Positions 9,293 to 21,500 of a stretch of 64,000 nt of DNA are shown here, piece after piece (the stretch's first letter is position 1; each line of letters begins with the position of its first letter). The notes below the pieces were generated by a model that had not been told where the DNA came from, ran no database searches, and worked only from the letters and a program-made list of their open reading frames with translations. Source of the stretch: Ignavibacteriales bacterium (lineage in GTDB: Bacteria > Bacteroidota > Ignavibacteria > T3Sed10-11); assembly GCA_003567775.1 (NCBI GenBank), contig PWYR01000083.1:833-64832 (forward strand). Direction: 5' to 3'. The position numbers and the translations under genes are program-made.

Positions 9293-10780
9293 TTATTTGA
9301 TAAGTACCATACGGTGTTTTTCAAAAAATTCATTACCGGTACGTATTGTATAGAAATAAATACCACTCGCTAACCGCGATGCATCGACAGTGACGGCATA
9401 TGCGCCCGCTCGCTGGTAGTCGTTCACAACCTCCATAACTTTCTGGCCGAGCATATTATAAACGCTTATCTCGACCTGACTATCCGACTTTATTCCGTAT
9501 TCAATAATGGTAGCAGGGTTGAACGGATTCGGGTAGTTCTGTCGGAGATAATATTCTGTCGGAATTCCTGCAATTTGATTTACCTCACTCACAAATGTAA
9601 TCTCCATTGTTACCGCAGATGTATCCCGGCTGGATACCCAGTGTAGAAAAGAGAATCCGTCGCTTGCCAGGGTTGTCCAGTACATCGTTGCAACATGTGT
9701 ATTCAACTCTTCGAGCATGATGAGATAAAATAATTCGCTTGGTAATGTAATCGAGGTTTCCCGGCCACCGCTCAACATCCATATTAACATTTCATAGAGA
9801 AAATCCAGATCTTCCGGATCAATTTCCAGTTCATCATCAAAAGCATCATCTGAATATTCCTCGAGAAATTCACGTAGAAAAGTCAAATCACCGGATGGCA
9901 GCATTATCAAGAGTGTATCGACATCATTTTCACTTTGTTTTGTTAGTACCCGTGCATCCGAGTTCCTCTTGAGAGATTTCAAAAACGAGTTTTGTGAAAA
10001 TACGATATCATTTTCTACCTCATCAAGAAGATCGAGTACTGAGGGAATGGGATGTACGTTCGACGCCACCCACCAGTAGAATACGTCATCTCCGTCGGGA
10101 TCGGTTGTGGATTCCCATTCAAATGTTAAATCTTCCGGCAACGGCATTCCGGTATCCTGATCACCCTTAATTTCAATCGTGGCTCCGTGTGCGGGAGTCA
10201 TTAGATCAAATTCACTAAGTGGGGGATTATTATCTATCTCATAGCTTACATAGAAAGTATCGTTTGCCCATGTCGTGCCTGCTTCGTTCGTTGCTCCGAT
10301 GGTCCAAAATAATAATACTGATTCGGTTGGTTCTTCAAATAACACCTGTATAAAATATTGAATTATCCCAAGATGCAGTCCGTTTGCAACAAATCCCGGC
10401 TCGAACCACGGCATCGGAAATGCAATGAATAGATCGGGATCGAAACCGATAAGTACAGAATAATACTCTTCGGGCAGCAAATCGTCGAACAGATATTCGT
10501 CATCATCATTGAACAATACTTGCATACCGAGCGGTATTGAAAAATCAAGCGCCGTGTTTTCATTATACCCGGATTCAAAACCCAATCCAAGCACATCATC
10601 CCACGCAAAAACGACCGTATCATTCGGAGAGGTAAATCTATAAAAGGATCCGTCTGCCGGTTCAAGTATATTAAACGAACCCGGAGGGTTAACCTCATTA
10701 GTAACATCCTGTCCCCATACCACATTACCGACAAAAACCATGCACAGCGCCAACATTGTTCCCATAACAATGTACCTCAT
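9293..10780 (-). CDS. secreted protein with T9SS (Por) type A C-terminal sorting domain
   Basis: Signal peptide. The C-terminus NYPNPFNPATIIEYGIKSDSQVEISVYNMLGQKV...ASGIYFYTIRTGNEFFEKHRMVLIK is a classic T9SS CTD. The body is acidic with two F-x-W-[DE] repeat modules. Confidence 0.8.
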   Translation of the reverse strand: MRYIVMGTMLALCMVFVGNVVWGQDVTNEVNPPGSFNILEPADGSFYRFTSPNDTVVFAWDDVLGLGFESGYNENTALDFSIPLGMQVLFNDDDEYLFDDLLPEEYYSVLIGFDPDLFIAFPMPWFEPGFVANGLHLGIIQYFIQVLFEEPTESVLLFWTIGATNEAGTTWANDTFYVSYEIDNNPPLSEFDLMTPAHGATIEIKGDQDTGMPLPEDLTFEWESTTDPDGDDVFYWWVASNVHPIPSVLDLLDEVENDIVFSQNSFLKSLKRNSDARVLTKQSENDVDTLLIMLPSGDLTFLREFLEEYSDDAFDDELEIDPEDLDFLYEMLIWMLSGGRETSITLPSELFYLIMLEELNTHVATMYWTTLASDGFSFLHWVSSRDTSAVTMEITFVSEVNQIAGIPTEYYLRQNYPNPFNPATIIEYGIKSDSQVEISVYNMLGQKVMEVVNDYQRAGAYAVTVDASRLASGIYFYTIRTGNEFFEKHRMVLIK

Positions 10781-10888
10781 ATTTTCCTCTATGAATTTAT
10801 AGTGTGATAGGTTTATACAATAAGTCCTTTTATAAGTTTACATAAATATCGAACAAAATTGTATGAAATTCAACTCTTCAAACTAGAG

Positions 10889-11440
10889 TCAGAAGCGAAG
10901 CCGGAACTGCAAACCGGTATTTCCGTTCGTTTCAATGTACGGCAATACACGTAAGGTAAGATCCTCGCCTACATCAAACCCTGACAATGACGCTTCAACA
11001 TAAGCATCAAGCAGATTAATCAAATAGAGAAATCCTATATACCATGCAAAGCGGTCGCGCTGGTCGCGATAAAAATCCCTGATAAACCGAAGATCTCTAC
11101 TTCCGCCAGGTAATTCTTCGGTAATGCTGTCACGGAACCGCTGACGATAATCGGAATATAAATCTTGCAATACTATGATTGCGTAGGTAAAATATCCCGC
11201 AAACCCAAAAATGACCGGTGTTTTCCAGTACGAACCATTATAAATCTGTCCTGCACCCGGCAGCACCGCTGAAAGCGTCAAAGCAAGCGCCGGAGATTTA
11301 ATATCGGATTCATCCGGGGAATACGTCGGAATATCAAGATCGATCTCATCAAGAACGTCAACAGTATCTGCCGTTTCCTGTGAGAAAACCGGAACAACAC
11401 CCGCCATCAGCACTATAAGAATCAATACCCCTCGACTCAT
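10889..11440 (-). CDS. DUF5683 domain membrane protein
   Basis: LSAVLPGAGQIYNGSYWKTPVIFG motif. It lies downstream of parAB, as is typical in FCB-group genomes (recalled). Confidence 0.65.
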   Translation of the reverse strand: MSRGVLILIVLMAGVVPVFSQETADTVDVLDEIDLDIPTYSPDESDIKSPALALTLSAVLPGAGQIYNGSYWKTPVIFGFAGYFTYAIIVLQDLYSDYRQRFRDSITEELPGGSRDLRFIRDFYRDQRDRFAWYIGFLYLINLLDAYVEASLSGFDVGEDLTLRVLPYIETNGNTGLQFRLRF

Positions 11441-11441
11441 T

Positions 11442-11834
11442 TTAATCCTTCACTACCAGTGCAATTGCTTCGATTTCAACTTTAACATCTTTGGGCAGTT
11501 TTGCAACTTGAAAAGCGCTCCGGGCGGGCGGATTGTTTATAAAAAACTCGCCGTACACTTCGTTCATATCCGCAAACTCTCCCATATCTTTTAGAAAGAC
11601 AGTTGTTTTAACTACACTTTCCAATGATGCCCCACCTGCCTCGAGTACGGCTTTTACATTTTCAAGTACTTTTTTTGTCTGCGTTTTAATGTCGTCACCC
11701 ACAATCTCGCCCGTCTTTGCATCAAGTGGAATTTGCCCGGCTGTATACAACATCCATCCTTTACATTGTACCGCTTGATTGTACGGACCGATCGGCGCCG
11801 GTGCATTGGCTGTATTCACAATATTACGTTTCAT
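11442..11834 (-). CDS. ridA: RidA/YjgF family reactive-intermediate deaminase
   Basis: 130 aa with [18 protein letters not shown] and [12 protein letters not shown] motifs. Confidence 0.85.
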   Translation of the reverse strand: MKRNIVNTANAPAPIGPYNQAVQCKGWMLYTAGQIPLDAKTGEIVGDDIKTQTKKVLENVKAVLEAGGASLESVVKTTVFLKDMGEFADMNEVYGEFFINNPPARSAFQVAKLPKDVKVEIEAIALVVKD

Positions 11835-11857
11835 AAACAGTTCTCCAGTGTTGTCAT

Positions 11858-12775
11858 TTATCTGTTATTTTGATCGATGGTATCAATTAAATCCAGCAAA
11901 CGATCAAGATCATCCAATGAATAAAACTCGATTGTTATATCGCCGCTGCCGTTCGAGCGCGTTTTCACGGAGACTTTCGTTCCAAATGTACGGCGAAGTT
12001 TACCCTCGATGTCCGCTGTATTGCTGTCAGACTTTCCGGTGGATGGCAATTTCGGTGTTTTGCGCATCCCGGCATCTTTTACCAACTGCTCAACCCTGCG
12101 AACCGATAAACCCTGTTGGACGATCTTTTTCCAAAGCTTTAATTGAGTTTTTTCATCGGCAATGCCAAGCAAAGACCGCGCATGTCCCATACTCAAGTCT
12201 CCTTTTCGCAAACCATCCTGTATTTGCTCGGGCAACTTGAGCAATCGAATAAAGTTGGTTACCGTCGTCCTGTCTTTTCCTATTTTCCGGGCAACATCCT
12301 CCTGCGTGTAATTCACTTCTTTAATCAATCGCTGGTACGACCTCGCGATCTCGATAGGATTAAGGTGTTCCCGTTGTAAATTTTCAATCAATGCAAGCTC
12401 GAGCATTTCTTCGTTCGAGCTAACGTTCACGATATATCCGGGTATTTCCTGTAAACCTGCATCAGCCGCCGCGCGCAACCGGCGTTCACCGGAAATAAGC
12501 TCATACGTTCCTTCACCGGCGCGCCGCACTGTGATGGGTTGAATCACACCTTTCTGTACGATAGATAGTTTGAGTTCTTCAAGCGCATCCGGATCGAAAT
12601 CGAGCCGGGGCTGGAACGGATTCGACTTGATCCGATCGACGGGTATCTTCGCAATCATTTCTGAAGCCCCATCATCGCGACCCAATGAGTCTCGTTTTAG
12701 ATCAACTTCACGGGACTGCTGCCGGGAGAGAAGTGCATTTAACCCTTTGCCGAGCACTGCCTTTGATTTTCCCAT
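11858..12775 (-). CDS. parB: chromosome partitioning protein ParB/Spo0J
   Basis: ParB box [19 protein letters not shown] and an HTH region. It is adjacent to parA. Confidence 0.9.
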   Translation of the reverse strand: MGKSKAVLGKGLNALLSRQQSREVDLKRDSLGRDDGASEMIAKIPVDRIKSNPFQPRLDFDPDALEELKLSIVQKGVIQPITVRRAGEGTYELISGERRLRAAADAGLQEIPGYIVNVSSNEEMLELALIENLQREHLNPIEIARSYQRLIKEVNYTQEDVARKIGKDRTTVTNFIRLLKLPEQIQDGLRKGDLSMGHARSLLGIADEKTQLKLWKKIVQQGLSVRRVEQLVKDAGMRKTPKLPSTGKSDSNTADIEGKLRRTFGTKVSVKTRSNGSGDITIEFYSLDDLDRLLDLIDTIDQNNR

Positions 12776-12778
12776 ACG

Positions 12779-13555
12779 TTATACCACCGTTTTGTGGTGA
12801 TTGGTTAAAATTTCGTTTGCAAGTTTCATATAGTTTTGTGCGCCGGTTGAGACCGCGTCATATAAAATGATCGGTTGCCCGAAACTGGGGGCTTCACTTA
12901 GACGTACGTTCCTTGCAATAATTGTAGTAAAAACTTTCGATCCAAAATACTTTTGTACCTCATCAACAATCTGCTTTGACAATCTGAGATGCGAATCATA
13001 CATGGTCAGTAAAACTCCTTCAATATCAAGCGCCGGGTTGTAGTGCTTTTTGACTATATTGATGGTGTTTAACAATTTACTTAATCCTTCGAGCGCATAG
13101 TACTCACATTGCACCGGTATCAGCACCGAGTCTGCGGCGGTAAGTGCGTTCAATGTCAATAGCCCGAGCGAAGGCGGACAATCGATAATAATATATTCGA
13201 AACGGTTTTTTACCGGTCCGAGCAATTCCTTCATTTTATATTCCCGGTTTTCCGCTTGAACCAGCTCGACTTCCACTCCGACAAGATTAATATGCGACGG
13301 GATAATGCTGAAGAAGGGCATCTGTGTCTGGAGTATAACATCCGAAGCAACTCGCGCTCCGATAATACATTCATACATAGTATCGCCCTCAAGCTCATTC
13401 TCAATCCCCGATCCGCTGGTTGCGTTTGCCTGCGGATCGGTATCTACAAGAAGCGTCTTATGCTCCGCGGCTGCGATACAAGCAGCCAAATTTATTGCTG
13501 TCGTTGTTTTTCCAACTCCACCTTTTTGATTCGCTATTGCTATAATTCTAGCCAT
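12779..13555 (-). CDS. parA: chromosome partitioning ATPase ParA/Soj
   Basis: Deviant Walker A in [21 protein letters not shown]. 258 aa. Confidence 0.9.
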   Translation of the reverse strand: MARIIAIANQKGGVGKTTTAINLAACIAAAEHKTLLVDTDPQANATSGSGIENELEGDTMYECIIGARVASDVILQTQMPFFSIIPSHINLVGVEVELVQAENREYKMKELLGPVKNRFEYIIIDCPPSLGLLTLNALTAADSVLIPVQCEYYALEGLSKLLNTINIVKKHYNPALDIEGVLLTMYDSHLRLSKQIVDEVQKYFGSKVFTTIIARNVRLSEAPSFGQPIILYDAVSTGAQNYMKLANEILTNHHKTVV

Positions 13556-13561
13556 GTTATA

Positions 13562-14032
13562 TCAAGATGTTATTTTCGTGATCGATTCCCATGCCGACAA
13601 GAGCAATGAAAGAATGCCGAGTAAAATTGTTATGCGTATCGCGCGCGCCATGTTCCGGAGATATCCGACCCGTTTTTCTTTCGAACTCCGGTACAGTGCA
13701 TACAACGTGCGGGTACGCATTGAGAATATAACAATAAATATGAATAATACAACTTTGCCGTGTACAGGTGTTGTCCATTCAATTTTCTCGCGACCATATA
13801 AGAACTCGGGAGAAAAGATGTATAATGCGACTCCTGTAATGCCGATCGTCCATAAACTCAGCCATAGAAACGGCATCATTCTACGGTGAATGTGTTCGGC
13901 AAGATTGCTGCCGGTCTGAGCTTCAACTTCGAGCACCGGATATAATATTGCGCTTAAAAAACATAGGCTGCCCAACCAGATAACTACAGAAAATATATGT
14001 AAGCTCAGGGCAGCCCAAAGCATGAATTCCAT
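13562..14032 (-). CDS. hypothetical integral membrane protein (about 4 TM helices)
   Basis: 156-aa hydrophobic ORF ending 6 nt before parA. I recognise no family. Confidence 0.5.
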   Translation of the reverse strand: MEFMLWAALSLHIFSVVIWLGSLCFLSAILYPVLEVEAQTGSNLAEHIHRRMMPFLWLSLWTIGITGVALYIFSPEFLYGREKIEWTTPVHGKVVLFIFIVIFSMRTRTLYALYRSSKEKRVGYLRNMARAIRITILLGILSLLLSAWESITKITS

Positions 14033-14048
14033 ACGATTTATATCCGGA

Positions 14049-14726
14049 TTATAGACTCAAACTATCGCCCGGCTTCAGTATTTTTCCTTCAATTCCTGAA
14101 GGCAGCTTCTTCACAAATTCTTCCGGATCGATCTTTATCACCGGAAATGTGTTGTAATGCACCGGCACTGCAATTTTCGGTTTGACAAACTCAACGGCTT
14201 TAGCGGCTTCGTCAACCCCCATGGTGAAATTATCGCCTGCAGGCACCAGCATCACATCGATAGCATGCATTTCTCCGATAAGCTTCATATCGGAAAATAA
14301 TGCCGTATCGCCGGCATGATAAATTGTTATTCCGCCCATTTCGATAATAAGACCGTTCGGATCGCCGACATATTGTCCATCGGGCGTCGAAGAACTGTGT
14401 AATGCAACGGTCAATTTCACCTTACCAAACGGGAAGGTATACGATCCACCGGTGTTCATTTGATGTATATTCTTCACACCTTGGTTACCGCAATAACCGG
14501 CGAGTTCGAAAGTAGCTATCACCATTGCATCGTTTCTTTTGGCAATTTCGATCGTATCACCAAGATGATCGCCATGGCCGTGAGTCAGAACAATGAATTT
14601 TGCTTTAATATCCTCAGGTTTAGCCGAAGCCAACGGATTATCTTTCAGGAAGGGATCAATTGCGACCTCGTGTGTTCCATCCTTGAGAAGAACCGCAGAG
14701 TGTCCCAAATATGTGAGATTGAGCAT
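14049..14726 (-). CDS. UPF0173-type metal-dependent hydrolase (MBL fold)
   Basis: LTYLGHSAVLL and THGHGDHLGD metallo-beta-lactamase motifs. 225 aa. Confidence 0.8.
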   Translation of the reverse strand: MLNLTYLGHSAVLLKDGTHEVAIDPFLKDNPLASAKPEDIKAKFIVLTHGHGDHLGDTIEIAKRNDAMVIATFELAGYCGNQGVKNIHQMNTGGSYTFPFGKVKLTVALHSSSTPDGQYVGDPNGLIIEMGGITIYHAGDTALFSDMKLIGEMHAIDVMLVPAGDNFTMGVDEAAKAVEFVKPKIAVPVHYNTFPVIKIDPEEFVKKLPSGIEGKILKPGDSLSL

Positions 14727-14904
14727 CTTCTCCTCCTTTTCGGTTTAGTTTTATGGTTTCTCGTATGTGTGGAACATCGTGAAACTAATATACGATTTTT
14801 CCGTTGGGAAATCAAAAAATAGGATTTTTTTTATTATATTAGGTGTCAATATCGGATATGCATTGTAGTTCAGTAAACCTATGTAAAAAAAAGCCAAAAT
14901 AGCT

Positions 14905-17049
14905 ATGGAGAAAAATCACAAGAAAATAATTAATAAATCAACAGAACTCTTATCATCAAAAGGACCGCTCACTAATCTACTCCCCGAATATACAGAACGA
15001 GCCGAACAAATAGAGATGGCGCGCTTAAGTGCGCAGGCGTTTGGCAATAATGAAATTACATTAATCCAGGCAGGAACCGGCGTCGGTAAAAGTTTTGCTT
15101 ATCTTATACCGGCTATATTATGGGCTGAACATAACAACGAAACCGTTATAATCAGTACCGCGACAACTAACCTGCAGGATCAGCTCTGGCAAAAAGATAT
15201 CCCCCTTTTACATAAAGCATTCGATTTTGATTTCGAAGCTGTGGTTGTAAAGGGAGCACAGCAATATATCTGCCTCGACCGCCTCCAGGAACAGTCGGCG
15301 CAGTTGCCCCTTACCCTCAATGGCAGAGAACAAAAACAGCTTGCTGAAATCCATGAATGGGCGCCCGCCTCCCGCAGCGGGCAGCGCAGCGATCTCCCGT
15401 TCGAACCGTCCCAGAAGCTCTGGCGGGAAATTGAGGTATCCACCACATTATGTCTTCACGAATCTTGCCGTCATTATGATGCGTGCGCTTTTATTCGAGA
15501 TCGCAAACGTATCCCGAGAGCGCATATAGTAATCACGAACCACAGTTTATTGATGAGCGATCTCGTTCTTCGGACACAGAGCGACGGCTATGCATCCATT
15601 TTACCCGAATATTCCCGACTCGTAATAGACGAAGCACATAAGTTCGAAAACGCCGTAACTGATGCGCTATCGGTAACCGTTAATCCGATTACAACCCGGA
15701 ATTTGTTAACCCGCATTCATAATCCCGATGTACATGACGGGTTTCTTGCTAAGATTAATACTTATCAAAAATATCTTCCATCGGGAGAGGGTGAACGCAT
15801 TTCATATTCACGGGCTATCGCGAGATGTGAACAGACGGTATCTTCCGCAATACAAAGCATGCGGTATTTCTTCGACCGGATCATGCCGATAACTCAAAAC
15901 AACATCACTCCGCATCCGGCGTATACAGTAAAACAATCTTATTCTAATGACTGGCTGCAAACCGGGGATATGAGAGATATCCGGGATAATGAGCTCGAGA
16001 ATTTTTCTTCGCTGCTTGAAAAACTCGGAACTGAACTCTACAGCTTTCAATTGCGGTTTACGAAATTAGATGAAAACGAAGAACTCCTGCGCATAAAAAA
16101 AGAAATTCAATATTATCGGGAACAAATCAATCAATTAAGCCGGGGGCTCGAGGTCTTATTCAACGACGATGAAGACGACATCCGATGGATTGAAGTACCA
16201 CCGTCTGCCGACATAATCAGTTTCCGCAGCGCTCCTCAGGGTGTAGATGATTTTCTCGGTCCATTTTTATTCGAACAAATGAAGACGATTATTTTTACAA
16301 GCGCTACACTCGCCCCCGGAAAGAAATTCGACTTTTTTGCAAGTTCAATCGGTCTTGATTCATTTGAGCAAGAACGGCAGGCAACAACATTACTCGAATC
16401 GCCTTTTCCCTATCGAGAAAATTCACTACTCCTTGTACCCACCAACATACCTGATCCGACATCGATATCGTATCAAAAAACCGTTAACACAATCATCCCG
16501 GACGCTGTTGCGGCGTCGCGGGGTCGGGCGCTTATCCTTTTCACTTCACATGGAATGCTGCGCTCAACTTACGAAGCAACACGCGAACGCATCGAAAATT
16601 CAGGATACGAATGTATTTCTCAAAGCGACTCTTCCCGGACAATTGCTCTCAAACGGTTCCGCGATACGACAAGTTCGGTTTTATTCGGGACGGCATCATT
16701 CTGGGACGGCATCGACGTCGTAGGCGAAAGTTTAAGTTTGGTCGTCATAGTCCGTCTCCCCTTCAGCGTACCGAACGATCCCATCGTCGAAGCAAGATCG
16801 CAACAAATGGCTGATGAAGGGAAAAACCCTTTTTTGGAATTTCAGCTTCCGGTCGCTGCGATGCGATTGCAACAGGGATTCGGACGATTGATACGGTCTC
16901 ACACCGACCGCGGTGTAGTTTTTTGTCTCGATAAACGTCTTATAACAAAACAATACGGCAACTATATTCGCGAATCGCTTCCACCCTGTACATTTTCAAA
17001 AGGGAATATTGAAAATTGTATTACCACTATTAAAAATTTTCTATCTTGA
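14905..17049 (+). CDS. dinG: ATP-dependent DNA helicase, DinG/XPD (Rad3) family with Fe-S cluster cysteines
   Basis: Walker A AGTGVGKS and DEAH box VIDEAHKF. Four Cys fall between the motifs (YICLD..., LCLHESCRHYDAC). There is no N-terminal exonuclease domain. Confidence 0.8.
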   Translation: MEKNHKKIINKSTELLSSKGPLTNLLPEYTERAEQIEMARLSAQAFGNNEITLIQAGTGVGKSFAYLIPAILWAEHNNETVIISTATTNLQDQLWQKDIPLLHKAFDFDFEAVVVKGAQQYICLDRLQEQSAQLPLTLNGREQKQLAEIHEWAPASRSGQRSDLPFEPSQKLWREIEVSTTLCLHESCRHYDACAFIRDRKRIPRAHIVITNHSLLMSDLVLRTQSDGYASILPEYSRLVIDEAHKFENAVTDALSVTVNPITTRNLLTRIHNPDVHDGFLAKINTYQKYLPSGEGERISYSRAIARCEQTVSSAIQSMRYFFDRIMPITQNNITPHPAYTVKQSYSNDWLQTGDMRDIRDNELENFSSLLEKLGTELYSFQLRFTKLDENEELLRIKKEIQYYREQINQLSRGLEVLFNDDEDDIRWIEVPPSADIISFRSAPQGVDDFLGPFLFEQMKTIIFTSATLAPGKKFDFFASSIGLDSFEQERQATTLLESPFPYRENSLLLVPTNIPDPTSISYQKTVNTIIPDAVAASRGRALILFTSHGMLRSTYEATRERIENSGYECISQSDSSRTIALKRFRDTTSSVLFGTASFWDGIDVVGESLSLVVIVRLPFSVPNDPIVEARSQQMADEGKNPFLEFQLPVAAMRLQQGFGRLIRSHTDRGVVFCLDKRLITKQYGNYIRESLPPCTFSKGNIENCITTIKNFLS

Positions 17050-17111
17050 TTTTTATTGTTACTATCTGTAAAATAAAAATTTCAGAAAAATAAGTAGATC
17101 GAGGTGACTAT

Positions 17112-18470
17112 ATGACAAATCCGCAAGCTATTATCATACCGGAAATTCAAGACTTACTTGAACGCGAGCAATGGGATGAACTTCGAGATGTGCTGCAAGA
17201 ACTGCACTCTGCCGACATAGCCGAGATAATCAAAGCGCTCGATCGCGATGACGAAAAGATAAATGTTTTCAAAAACCTCGATGACGAGAAATCTGTCGAA
17301 GTATTTGAACATATCGAGGGCGACGACCGATCGTTTATTCTCCCGCTTCTGCCGCAGCGAGAACAGAAAAATATTCTAAACGAAATGTCTCCGGATGAAC
17401 GAGCCGACTTCTTTGACGAAATAACGACCGAAGAAGTACAGCATTATACCGGGATGCTGAACAAGGAAGCAAAGGAAGAAACCAGATTACTTGCCTCCTA
17501 TCCGTCCGATTCCGCAGGCGGTATTATGACGACGGATTTTGTAACACTGTCTGAAGATATGACGGTCGCTCAGGCGCTAAAACGAATCCGTGAAGATGCT
17601 TCCGATGCGGAGCAAATCTACTCGCTGTATGTTGTCAATAAACAGGGTAAATTAGTCGGCATCGTCACTTTGAAAGATATCATTCTTGCAAATCCTAATC
17701 GGAAGATAGGAAGGATGATGGATCACAAAGTAATGTCGGTCACCGCGGATAGCGATCAAGAAGAAGCGGCAAATTTATTTAAGAAATATGATCTTCACGC
17801 ACTGCCTGTAACCGATCAATACGGTACACTTATCGGAATTATTACATTCGACGACATTATGGATGTTATCGGTGAAGAGGATACCGAGGATATTTATCGG
17901 TTCGGCGGTGTTAAAGAAACCGAATTTTCGTATTTTCAAACAAGTGCACCGAAATGGGCGCGGCAGCGCATAACATGGCTGTTGCTACTGGTAGTAACCG
18001 GTTTCGTCTCCGGTTTTATCCTTGAGCGATACGAAGAGGCGTTGACAACGGTAGTCATGCTTGCGTTCTTCATACCTGTTCTGATGGATTCGGGCGGTAA
18101 TGCGGGCACCCAGGCAGCAACCGTTGTAGTTCGCGGTTTGGCGACCGGGGAGATAGCGATGGGACAAGCAATAAAAGTGCTTCGCAAGGAAGTATTAATT
18201 GCACTTATGGTCGGAGTAGCTCTTGCAATACTCACAGCTATGCGCGCTGTTATTATGCACAGCGATTACTCTCTTGCGCTCACCGTCGCTATCGCAATGC
18301 TTGCAACAGTTACCGTAGCAAAAATAGCCGGCGCTATGCTGCCTATTTTATTTAAAAAGCTCGGCTTCGATCCTGCGATCATGTCCGGTCCGTTTATCAC
18401 AACGATCGTGGATATTTTCGCCCTGATACTCTACTTCGAATTAGCGAGATTATTGTTAGGGATTGATTGA
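17112..18470 (+). CDS. mgtE: magnesium transporter MgtE
   Basis: N-domain, a CBS pair, and a C-terminal TM domain with DSGGNAGTQ. Confidence 0.9.
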   Translation: MTNPQAIIIPEIQDLLEREQWDELRDVLQELHSADIAEIIKALDRDDEKINVFKNLDDEKSVEVFEHIEGDDRSFILPLLPQREQKNILNEMSPDERADFFDEITTEEVQHYTGMLNKEAKEETRLLASYPSDSAGGIMTTDFVTLSEDMTVAQALKRIREDASDAEQIYSLYVVNKQGKLVGIVTLKDIILANPNRKIGRMMDHKVMSVTADSDQEEAANLFKKYDLHALPVTDQYGTLIGIITFDDIMDVIGEEDTEDIYRFGGVKETEFSYFQTSAPKWARQRITWLLLLVVTGFVSGFILERYEEALTTVVMLAFFIPVLMDSGGNAGTQAATVVVRGLATGEIAMGQAIKVLRKEVLIALMVGVALAILTAMRAVIMHSDYSLALTVAIAMLATVTVAKIAGAMLPILFKKLGFDPAIMSGPFITTIVDIFALILYFELARLLLGID

Positions 18471-18487
18471 TTGAAAAATTAGGCAAC

Positions 18488-18522
18488 CCACCTGCATTGA
18501 ATATAAATTCCGATGCAGGTGG
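18488..18522. terminator. putative bidirectional terminator hairpin between convergent mgtE and rpoC
   Basis: Perfect 10-bp stem CCACCTGCAT/ATGCAGGTGG with a 15-nt loop. The flanking T-tracts are weak. Confidence 0.4.
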
Positions 18523-18537
18523 ACTGCTTCGGTTAGA

Positions 18538-21500
18538 TTATGATATGACTTTCTCTTCTTCCGGCTCTTCGGCCTCAACTGCAACTTCTTTCAGTTCTTC
18601 CGGTTTTTCGGTCGGCGTCACCAGAATCTTACGATAGCGTCTCAAACCGGTGCCTGCCGGCACCAGTTTTCCGATGATAACGTTCTCCTTGAGACCGTGC
18701 AGGTGATCGATCTTCGACTCGATAGAAGCTTCGGTCAAAACCTTTGTGGTCTCCTGGAATGACGCTGCGGAGATGAAGCTGTCGGTCGAAAGCGATGCTT
18801 GCGTAATACCGAGCAATACCGGTTCCGATGTCGCCGGTTCGGCATCGCGATATTCGGCAACCTTTTTCGATTTTTTCCTCAGATCACCGTTCTTTTCGCG
18901 AACCGTCTTTTTCTCAACAAGCTGACCGTTCTTAAATTTGGAATCACCTTTACTGGTAACGACCACCAGATTTGCCAGATTCTCATTCTCTTCATTGAGC
19001 AGTATACGATCGACGTGATCGCCTTCGAGGAACCGGGTATCACCCGTATCGACGATTTTTACTTTTTGCATCATCTGCCGAACTATTACCTCGATGTGTT
19101 TATCGTTAATCTTCACACCCTGCATCCGGTAGACTTCAAGGATTTCATTTAAGAGATACTTTTGCAAGCTACCGACGCCGCTAATACGGAGAATATCATG
19201 CGGATCAATTGCACCGTCGGTAAGCGGTTCACCGGCGAGCATATGATCACCCGGTTGCACTGTAAGGTGTTTACCGAACGGTACGTTATATTTTCGCTCA
19301 TCCTTACCGTCATGACTTGCTACAATCACCTCCCGCGATCCTCGTTTTTGCTCACCAAATGAAATGGCGCCATCAATCTCGCTGAGAATTGAAGGATCAA
19401 ATGGCCGCCGGGCTTCAAACAATTCGGTTACCCGTGGTAAACCGCCGGTGATATCACGTGTCTTACCGCTTTCACGCGGAATCTTGACGAGTGTTTGTCC
19501 CGGCTTGATCGATTCATCATCTTCTACTGAAATATGTGATCTTGTCGGTAGAATATGTATAGCAAGTGCTTTACCATTCTTATCTACAATTTTAAGCGAC
19601 GGACTCAGTGACCGGTCACGGCTTTCAATAACAACTTTCTGGATATATCCGGTCTGCTCATCCGGTTCTTCACGGTAAGTGATATTGTCTTTAAGGTCGG
19701 CATATTTTACAGTGCCTCCATACTCAGCAACGATAACTGCGTTATATGGATCCCATTCATAAACCATCTGACCTCGTTTTACATCCTCTCCATCATCTAC
19801 ATGAAGCACCGCGCCATAGGGTACTGAATATTTCGTCAACTCCCGGTTATCCTGGTCGATGATTTTCACGACGCCATTGCGCCCGACAACAATCTTACGA
19901 GATATATCATCCGCATGTTGTTCGATCGAACGAACGGCTTCGAGCTTTATTTTTCCGTCGAACCTCGTTGCGACCTGGGATTGTGCCGTAATTAAACTTG
20001 CGGTTCCACCGGTGTGGAACGTACGAAGCGTTAACTGTGTGCCCGGCTCACCGATCGATTGCGCAGCGATAACACCGACTGCCTCGCCTACCTGCACCAG
20101 TTCGCTGGTAGTTAAGTTACGTCCGTAACACTTCGCGCACACACCGCGTTTGGATTCACAGGTGATTACCGAGCGAATCTCAACTTCTTCAATCGACGTC
20201 TCCGTCACTTGTTGTGCAAGCTCTTCGTCAATCTCTTCACCTGCTTTGACAATAACCTCGCGTGTAAGCGGATCCACGATATCATTTGTCGCAACGCGGC
20301 CGAGTATACGTTCTGCCAGCGGCTCCTTGATATCTTCACCTTCTTTTAAGGCGCTTGTTATAACGCCTCGAATCGTACCGCAATCTTGCTCGGTAATAAT
20401 CGCATCCTGTGCAACGTCGACAAGGCGGCGGGTAAGATAGCCGGCATCCGCTGTTTTCAACGCTGTATCTGCCAGACCTTTACGTGCACCGTGTGTTGAA
20501 ATGAAGTACTCGAGAACCGATAATCCTTCCCGGAAATTAGAGATGATAGGATTCTCAATCAACTCACCCGTTTGGCCCGTTAAGCTCTTTTGCGGTTTAG
20601 CCATTAGCCCGCGCATACCGGCAAGCTGACGCACCTGTTCTTTGGAACCGCGCGCCCCGGAATCAATCATCATATAGAGTGAATTGAAACCTTCACGATT
20701 ATTTTGAAGAGCATTAAACAAGCGCTCGGCGACACGATTCGTCGCGCGTGTCCAGATATCGATAACTTTGTTATAACGTTCACCGGATGTAATAAATCCG
20801 CGTCGATATTGCTTTTCAATCTTATCGACATCGCTTTGAGCTTTATCGATAATCTGTTCTTTCTCGTCCGGTACGATCGCATCGGCGATATTGACCGATA
20901 AACCGCCTTTCATCGCATAGGAAAATCCAAGGTCTTTTAAGTTATCCAGGAAAATAGCGGATTTTAGATTGCCTACCTTTCGGAATGTCGAAAGGATCAA
21001 TGTTACGAGTCGCTTTTTGTTAAGAAGCTCGTTAATAAAACCGACGCCTTCGGGTACGATCGTATTGAAGACCACCCGTCCGGTTGTCGTTTCAATCATT
21101 TCCCCGTTGATGCGAACTTTGATCTTCGCGTGCAAACCAAGCCGGAAATTATTATGTGAAATAAGCACTTCCGCCGGTGAGGAAAACACTTTTCCTTCAC
21201 CGGTATCACCATCCTTTGATTTTGTAAGATAATAACAACCGAGCACGATGTCCTGACTCGGAACCACAATCGGATTGCCGTTCGCCGGTGAAAGAATGTT
21301 GTGACTCGACAACATTAGTATTCGCGCTTCGAGTTGTGCTTCGTAGCTTAGCGGGACGTGCACAGCCATCTGATCTCCGTCAAAGTCCGCATTGAATGCT
21401 GCGCACACCAGCGGATGAATACGGATCGCCTTACCTTCGACCAGCACCGGCTGAAATGCCTGAATACCGAGACGATGAAGCGTCGGTGCGCGGTTAAGCA